A DNA stretch of 53,707 nucleotides from positions 1 to 53,707 of IMG/VR virus record IMGVR_UViG_3300013132_000064; one strand, written 5' to 3'. Position 1 is the first letter of the stretch. Each line of letters starts with the position of its first letter. Positions 48,560-53,707 of this stretch are shown here, piece after piece. This DNA comes from a virus. Its lineage: Duplodnaviria; Caudoviricetes. The position numbers and the translations under genes were made by a program. Under the pieces are notes generated by a model that worked only from the letters and a program-made list of their open reading frames with translations, was not told where the DNA came from and did not search any database.

Positions 48560-50040
48560 TATGAACCTATTGTGTCACCAGTCATTATCCAAGAATTAGC
48601 AGCAATCTTTTCAATAAATAAAGAAGAGTATTGGACCCTTGTTCTCCTATGGTTTTCTGGAGATACTAGTGTTGCTGGGGCTTCTGATTGTACTTCTACA
48701 TATCCTGCTCCCATTTGTCTAATTTCAAAAGATGATCCAACTTCCCAATTAGAATCCGTTGTTTCATTAGGCAATGTTAAAAATACTGCAGATTCATTTG
48801 TAAAATGAATCATTTTATATTTATGTAAAGAAGAGCTTGCTGTTGTTGCTCCAGGCACAGAAACGTATAAATATAACTCATCTGTTTTTTTATCTAATTC
48901 TGTTTGTACTGCTGTAGACACTGGCTTACTGGCATCAGAAGTATTATCTGCATTTTCTAAGCCAACCATTGCTTTTGTAATTCCGCCAACCGTCCCTGTG
49001 AAAGTTGGATTGTTAATTCTGGCGATTGTACTATCTACACTAAATTGTGTTCCATTTAATGATAAACCCGTGCCTGCTGTATATGTGCCTGCCCCTGCAA
49101 ATTGCGTAAATTCAATTTCGCTAACTCCTATTGTTCCAACAACATTTGTTTGAACCCAACTTGTATCATTGTTATATGTTCCTGATAAAACAAAAATAAA
49201 GTCTCCCCCGTCTATTTCTGCGGGTGAATCAAAATCTGTTGCTCTAGTTGGAGCTCCAGAAGCAGATACAACATATATTCCATTCTCAGTTTTATTAGTT
49301 TGGTTTTTAACTAGTATTCTATTTCCAGTTGCTAGCGTTACTCCGTCTAAAACAGATCCGTTTTGTACGTCTGTGGATAAATCAATATTTGTTATTGTTG
49401 CCGCCACCGCAGATGCATGTACGTGCAAGCCTTCTGAAACAGCGTCGACATATTGTTTGGTTGCTGCATCTAATGAATTTACTGGATCTGCATGCAGGAC
49501 TAGACTGCCTGTTAAAATACCTCCAGATTTTGTTAAAAGGTTTGTCGTATCTGTTATTCCATGAACATTTGTTGTTGCTAAATTATGAGAAGACAATTCA
49601 GTATCTCTTGTAATTGTAGGTGGGATTTCCCCATCTGGAATATACCCGTCGGAACCAATAGAGGCAACACCATCTGGGTTGCTTATCATTGAAAATGTTA
49701 CATATGACTCTGGAAGAGCGTTTCCTAAATTATTAACCGCTGTATCTACATAGACCTTGTCAGCTACTGTGTTATCTATTGATAACAAAAGTGCACCATT
49801 GTCATATAATGCATCTATTCCAGTTCCGCCTTGTATAAAATTAGCAACCTCTTGCTGAACATTTAATGATAACTCAGATGGAAGTAGATTAATATATGGT
49901 AGGTCTCCGAATACGTCTTCTCCATTTCCAACTTTTAATTTATTAAGAGTTGTATTAACGGCAAGCTCGCCTGTTTCTAAAACTCTAGTGGATGTAGCCC
50001 ACTCTTCATTTGTAGCTCTTCTAAGTAGAATTACTGGCAT
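48559..50040 (-). CDS. Tail fibre protein with an Mtd-N/hyaluronidase-N-like domain
   Basis: LRR...W...L..GE....T..KLKVGNG...DLPY; ATKQYVD and DGVTL..G-RILVKNQ...ENGIY. Confidence 0.8.
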   Translation of the reverse strand: MPVILLRRATNEEWATSTRVLETGELAVNTTLNKLKVGNGEDVFGDLPYINLLPSELSLNVQQEVANFIQGGTGIDALYDNGALLLSIDNTVADKVYVDTAVNNLGNALPESYVTFSMISNPDGVASIGSDGYIPDGEIPPTITRDTELSSHNLATTNVHGITDTTNLLTKSGGILTGSLVLHADPVNSLDAATKQYVDAVSEGLHVHASAVAATITNIDLSTDVQNGSVLDGVTLATGNRILVKNQTNKTENGIYVVSASGAPTRATDFDSPAEIDGGDFIFVLSGTYNNDTSWVQTNVVGTIGVSEIEFTQFAGAGTYTAGTGLSLNGTQFSVDSTIARINNPTFTGTVGGITKAMVGLENADNTSDASKPVSTAVQTELDKKTDELYLYVSVPGATTASSSLHKYKMIHFTNESAVFLTLPNETTDSNWEVGSSFEIRQMGAGYVEVQSEAPATLVSPENHRRTRVQYSSLFIEKIAANSWIMTGDTIGS

Positions 50041-50291
50041 TATGCCCCGCCTCCATCAATAACTCCAGGGTTAATAACATTGACGTCTGCTACTGCAAAG
50101 ATGGCTCCATCATATTCATGGGTATGTTCAAGAATTCCTTCAATAGCTCCACTTACATTATGCCATTCGTCGCCATCATAGAATTTTAATTTGTCATCTG
50201 TAGTATTGTAATATAAAGAACCCATATGATGAGTTCCTGAAGGATGTTCTGGTAATGCTACTGCATGTAAGGGGACTAATCTTCTTACCAT
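50040..50291 (-). CDS. Small fibre-associated protein
   Basis: GSLYYNTTDDKLKFYDG-EW motif and a terminal IDGG. Confidence 0.65.
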   Translation of the reverse strand: MVRRLVPLHAVALPEHPSGTHHMGSLYYNTTDDKLKFYDGDEWHNVSGAIEGILEHTHEYDGAIFAVADVNVINPGVIDGGGA

Positions 50292-50304
50292 CTAAACCCC
50301 TCCC

Positions 50305-52053
50305 TTACGCTGTAACGACTACTCTGAACTGGTTCTCCGCTGGAGCCTGTGAAAATCCTATGGTTGTTGAGTTTGCGCTTGTCAAAGCAACATCTGCTTC
50401 TACTAAGTTTGTTCCCTCGTAAACTTGAACTGTAGCCCACTGATTATTTAAATTATGATTTACTGTGTAGCTAGTTGCTGTTCCATTTCCAATTAAGGAA
50501 GTGTATTTACGAGCTACTACTGCTGTATCGATTGCTACATCGTTAGCATTTACAATAATTCCTGTACCTTGACCTACATTAAATACTGTTCCGTCAAGAG
50601 TAAGACCTGCTCCGCCTGTATATGTTCCAGCACCAGAGAATTGAGTAAAGCTAATTGCATCTGTGCCAATTATTGCTGGGGATAGGGTTTGTACCCAACC
50701 AGTATTTCCATAGGTTGATCCAAGGGATACAAAAATAAAGTCTCCAGACTTTATTTCTAAGTTTGTATCAAAATCTGCTGCTCTTTGTGCTGGGCCTGCG
50801 GCGGTAACTACATATATACCATTTTGTGCAGCATTAGTTTGTCCATTTATAAGAACTCTGTTTCCTGCAACTAATGTCACGCCGTCGACTACATTTCCAG
50901 CTTCAAGGGCTGTAGCCAAATCAATATTTGTGCCTACAAAAACCCTAGCGGCTTCATGAACATGAAGTCCTTCTGCTACAGCATCAACATATGCTTTGGT
51001 TGCTGCGTCGTTTGCCTCTGTAGGGGCTCCAAGATTTACAATCTTGTACGTACCAGCATCAAGATCTGCGCCCAAATCAATATTTGTGCCTAATACTTTA
51101 TTTGTTAGTGTTTGTTGATCATCTTTTGTTACTACTGTTGAGTCAATATCTAGTGTGAGAGTTCCATCATTGTCGTTATAGACTTTGTCTAGTCCAACTC
51201 CAGCTACAATTAAACCATCAACGATATCTTCAATTCTATCTTCGCTGATTGCGACATCGCCACTTGTTACAACGAAGTCTGTCTCATCAAAACTTGCGAT
51301 ACCCTTATTTGTAGATGTGGCATCTTCACCTTTTACTGTAATTGATGCTCCAGTATGAGTTACATCAATTCCTTCTCCGCCAAGAATTGAAATTCCATGA
51401 CCAGATGGAGTAAGAGCACCATCATCTGTTGTTACAGACTTGATTACGGTGTCTTCTAGTTCTACTGCACCATTTGTTACATTAAAATCTTCGGAATCAA
51501 AAGAAGCAATACCTTTATTTGTTGTGCTTGCATCTTCTCCAACAATTGTAATTGTATTTTCTGTGACATTTACATCTATGCCCTCTCCGCCATTAACAGC
51601 AAGATCTTCGCTAAGAAGATTAATTGATGTTGTTCCAGAATCTCCAGTGATGTCTAGAGTGGTTGCTACTTCTTCTTCACCAGCTGCAGTTAGACGACCT
51701 TGTGCGTCTACTGTGAATGTTGGGATCTTTGTTTGCGATCCATAAGCGCCTGGTGTTACTGCTGTATTATCTAAATCTAAAGTTGTTTCGTTGGTTGAAT
51801 CATTAAAGGTTGCAGTTAAGCCTGTTCCGCCCTTAACATATTCACCAATTGTGTCTGTGATTACTTCAACTGAACCAGAAGTTGGAATCCACTCTGTGCC
51901 ATTCCAGAAATATAGGGTTTTATTGCCATTAGTATTATTATAATAAATTTGGCCTTCGACTGGTGTTGCTGGAGCTGTACCCAAATTCTGAATTCGTGCA
52001 TTGAGTAGCTCATTCTGTAGTAAATCTAAACTAACTACAAATTTTCTTGCCAT
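50305..52053 (-). CDS. Tail fibre/decoration protein (582 aa)
   Basis: GQIYYN...WNG, TVDAQGRLTAA, tandem DA(S/T)-TNKGIASFD repeats, ATKAYVD, DGVTL..G-RVL and HNLN. Confidence 0.8.
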   Translation of the reverse strand: MARKFVVSLDLLQNELLNARIQNLGTAPATPVEGQIYYNNTNGNKTLYFWNGTEWIPTSGSVEVITDTIGEYVKGGTGLTATFNDSTNETTLDLDNTAVTPGAYGSQTKIPTFTVDAQGRLTAAGEEEVATTLDITGDSGTTSINLLSEDLAVNGGEGIDVNVTENTITIVGEDASTTNKGIASFDSEDFNVTNGAVELEDTVIKSVTTDDGALTPSGHGISILGGEGIDVTHTGASITVKGEDATSTNKGIASFDETDFVVTSGDVAISEDRIEDIVDGLIVAGVGLDKVYNDNDGTLTLDIDSTVVTKDDQQTLTNKVLGTNIDLGADLDAGTYKIVNLGAPTEANDAATKAYVDAVAEGLHVHEAARVFVGTNIDLATALEAGNVVDGVTLVAGNRVLINGQTNAAQNGIYVVTAAGPAQRAADFDTNLEIKSGDFIFVSLGSTYGNTGWVQTLSPAIIGTDAISFTQFSGAGTYTGGAGLTLDGTVFNVGQGTGIIVNANDVAIDTAVVARKYTSLIGNGTATSYTVNHNLNNQWATVQVYEGTNLVEADVALTSANSTTIGFSQAPAENQFRVVVTA

Positions 52054-52065
52054 GTTTCACTCCTT

Positions 52066-52518
52066 TTAGGACAGATATGCTGTCCCTGAAAATGGCTGGG
52101 CCATCGTCAGTGTTAAAGTATCATTACTATTATAGTCTATTCCTGTTTCTAACACATCGCCAGCGCTATTTTTAATGGTCACATTTGGCTTAAAGCCTAA
52201 ATTATGTGTTATCAGCACAGAGTAAACTCCAGATACTGGTCCAGTAACCTGTGGGAGGGACCAGCTAATTTCTTTAGAGAACTCTGAAGGTAGTTGCTGT
52301 AGCGGATAGGAGGTTACTCCAGTCCAAGTATGATCCAAAAGCTTTGGACCATAAAACATTGTATTTGTCTTATCATAATAAAAATCGCCTTCTACTCCCA
52401 ATGCTTCTGGTGGTACTCCGATGCCATTTAGGATAGTCTTGCCTCTGGGACCTTGTGGGCCTGGGGCTCCTACTACGACCTTATTTACTTCTTCAGTAAT
52501 TATTACATTATTAGACAT
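52066..52518 (-). CDS. Small virion protein with a short collagen motif
   Basis: GAPGPQGPRG, G-EGDFYYD...YGPK and ITHNLGFKP motifs. Confidence 0.65.
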   Translation of the reverse strand: MSNNVIITEEVNKVVVGAPGPQGPRGKTILNGIGVPPEALGVEGDFYYDKTNTMFYGPKLLDHTWTGVTSYPLQQLPSEFSKEISWSLPQVTGPVSGVYSVLITHNLGFKPNVTIKNSAGDVLETGIDYNSNDTLTLTMAQPFSGTAYLS

Positions 52519-52868
52519 TATATTGTCACCGACCTACTTAGGGTTATAAATCCTTCAACTAATTTGGTTTTTGTGCCATTGCTATCTGTAAGCATTATGT
52601 CGTATGACGACTTTGGATAGAATAATTTATTTGTTTGGGCGGGACTCATCTGTATTGTAAGCTTTCCTAATGATCCGTCTATTGTTATTCCTCCAGATGG
52701 TTGAGAATTCAATGTAAAAGCTAACTTGCTTCCGCCCTTTGTATCTCTTACCTGCATTTTAGCAGATGCGCCAACTAAAGATATAGGAACAGCGCTATCG
52801 TCTTTATACTCTACAGTAAAACGAAACGTTGTATTTTGATCTACTTCCCAATTCTTTTGGCCAGCCAT
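52518..52868 (-). CDS. Ig-like virion protein (BppU-N-like)
   Basis: DQ-TTF...ISL-GASAKMQVR...G-L-I...QT...YDI...K-LVEG motif. Confidence 0.65.
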   Translation of the reverse strand: MAGQKNWEVDQNTTFRFTVEYKDDSAVPISLVGASAKMQVRDTKGGSKLAFTLNSQPSGGITIDGSLGKLTIQMSPAQTNKLFYPKSSYDIMLTDSNGTKTKLVEGFITLSRSVTI

Positions 52869-52876
52869 AAAATCTC

Positions 52877-52910
52877 CTAAAATAGGAAAACTCCTATGCC
52901 TATTTTAGCA
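52877..52910 (-). promoter_or_regulatory. Extended -10 TGCTAAAAT overlapped by a 10-bp inverted repeat
   Basis: CTAAAATAGG (52877-52886) and CCTATTTTAG (52899-52908); the AGGAG SD is adjacent. Confidence 0.6.
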
Positions 52911-52937
52911 CAGGAGCTGTCCTAACTACTTATTAAA

Positions 52938-53165
52938 TTATGCCTTCTTTGTAAATCCGAAAGAATTTTCGTTTGGATTTAATGCCTTCAAAATAACAGG
53001 CAATGTAGCGGCAATACCACCCTTGATTAAATCTCCTGGGTCTGTATTACCAGTCATATATAGAGCGATGGCGGCACCAAGGAAATGGCGACCATAGCTT
53101 GCTAACGCTGCTAGAATTCTCTCTTGCATTGTTACCTTTCCATCATTATTAAGATCTTCTTTCAT
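52938..53165 (-). CDS. Holin-like small membrane protein
   Basis: 75 aa, two moderately hydrophobic helices, LNP....FG followed by a basic tail; strong SD. Confidence 0.55.
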   Translation of the reverse strand: MKEDLNNDGKVTMQERILAALASYGRHFLGAAIALYMTGNTDPGDLIKGGIAATLPVILKALNPNENSFGFTKKA

Positions 53166-53179
53166 AAAGACCTCCTTAT

Positions 53180-53250
53180 CTGGGCACCTTGCCCAGGAAT
53201 TTTGAGGTTGCCCTCAAATCTATTATACTACTAAGTGGTGATATCCACAA
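53180..53250 (-). promoter_or_regulatory. Promoter TTGTGG-N17-TATAAT and a two-hairpin 5' leader
   Basis: -10 at 53222-53227; hairpins TTTGAGG-GCAA-CCTCAAA and CTGGGCA-AGG-TGCCCAG lie before AGGAGG. Confidence 0.6.
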
Positions 53251-53707
53251 TCTCGCAATTTCCGTCTGAAGTGCATGCGAGAGTTTGCGTTCCGCTTGTT
53301 CCGTCTTCTGTCTCATAGAAAGATAAATCTTCCCAACGAATTGACGACGGCATCTTGGCAAGAAGCTCTAAATATTCTGTTTCTGTAACTTCTTGATATG
53401 GAGCCTGCTTGTAGGAATGATCGGAATGCGGCAGGAATGAAATACCAGATACCTCATCAAAGTAGTGATATACCCATGCACCGACTTCCATCCACTCATC
53501 TTCTTTAACCGATACAGTAATAGATGGTTTATGCTCACACCATTCACGCTGATATACAAGCCAAGTATTTAAATGATCTAAAGCAGTTAAGTCATCTCTA
53601 ACTATTGCACCTTCTGGTGCTTTTACTGGAAATGAAAATACATATGTATCATTTGGCTTCATAAAATCATCTTCTACAGGAATTCCAACCTCTTTAAGAA
53701 ATGTTGA
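53231..53707 (-). CDS. nrdJ: Class II (B12-dependent) ribonucleoside-triphosphate reductase, C-terminal part (partial)
   Basis: WCEHKPSITV, SGISFLP, YKQAPYQE and the terminal ACTSDGNCEI cysteine pair; the frame is open to the window end. Confidence 0.88.
   Translation of the reverse strand, partial: STFLKEVGIPVEDDFMKPNDTYVFSFPVKAPEGAIVRDDLTALDHLNTWLVYQREWCEHKPSITVSVKEDEWMEVGAWVYHYFDEVSGISFLPHSDHSYKQAPYQEVTETEYLELLAKMPSSIRWEDLSFYETEDGTSGTQTLACTSDGNCEIVDITT

Noticed and set aside
48559-50040. Possible diversity-generating retroelement target because of the Mtd-N-like domain
   Set aside because: No reverse transcriptase is in the window and no near-identical repeat pair differing only at adenines was seen; the shared blocks differ at all base types.
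53176-53361. 61-aa ORF overlapping the nrdJ end and the holin leader
   Set aside because: It overlaps a confident gene in another frame and runs through promoter and hairpin elements; no SD.

Overview
The window is a contiguous, AT-rich segment of a large tailed dsDNA phage (Caudoviricetes). Essentially all genes lie on the minus strand and form the late/virion module. Reading from 53707 towards 1: the C-terminal end of a class II ribonucleotide reductase (nrdJ); a small holin-like gene; about 27 kb of fibre, adhesin and decoration genes (collagen-like, Gly-rich, LamG, Cys-rich, chaperones) with two glycosyltransferases; then portal, prohead protease/scaffold, HK97-type major capsid, head-tail joining proteins, major tail protein, a frameshifted tail chaperone, a 2531-aa tape measure protein (TMP) and tail tip proteins. 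No sheath gene is present, which suggests a siphovirus. No terminase, endolysin, tRNA, CRISPR array or integrase was seen. Sigma70/SigA-type promoters, several apparently leaderless, and the gene order suggest a low-GC actinobacterial (e.g. freshwater) host; this is inference. Most notable: (1) the TMP looks like a polyprotein carrying toxin-like cargo (a pre-toxin-like motif plus an ADP-ribosyltransferase-like domain, and a His-Me-finger-like segment) between repeated hydrophobic-x-x-GG motifs; (2) a 28-Cys insertion with mirror-symmetric Cys spacing (stalk and knob) is co-transcribed with a poly-His protein, two paralogous enzymes, a GT60-like GlcNAc transferase and a CxxC protein; (3) a collagen fibre ends in a cupredoxin-like motif next to a GT2-TPR enzyme. 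All family assignments come from motif recognition by eye, not from database searches.
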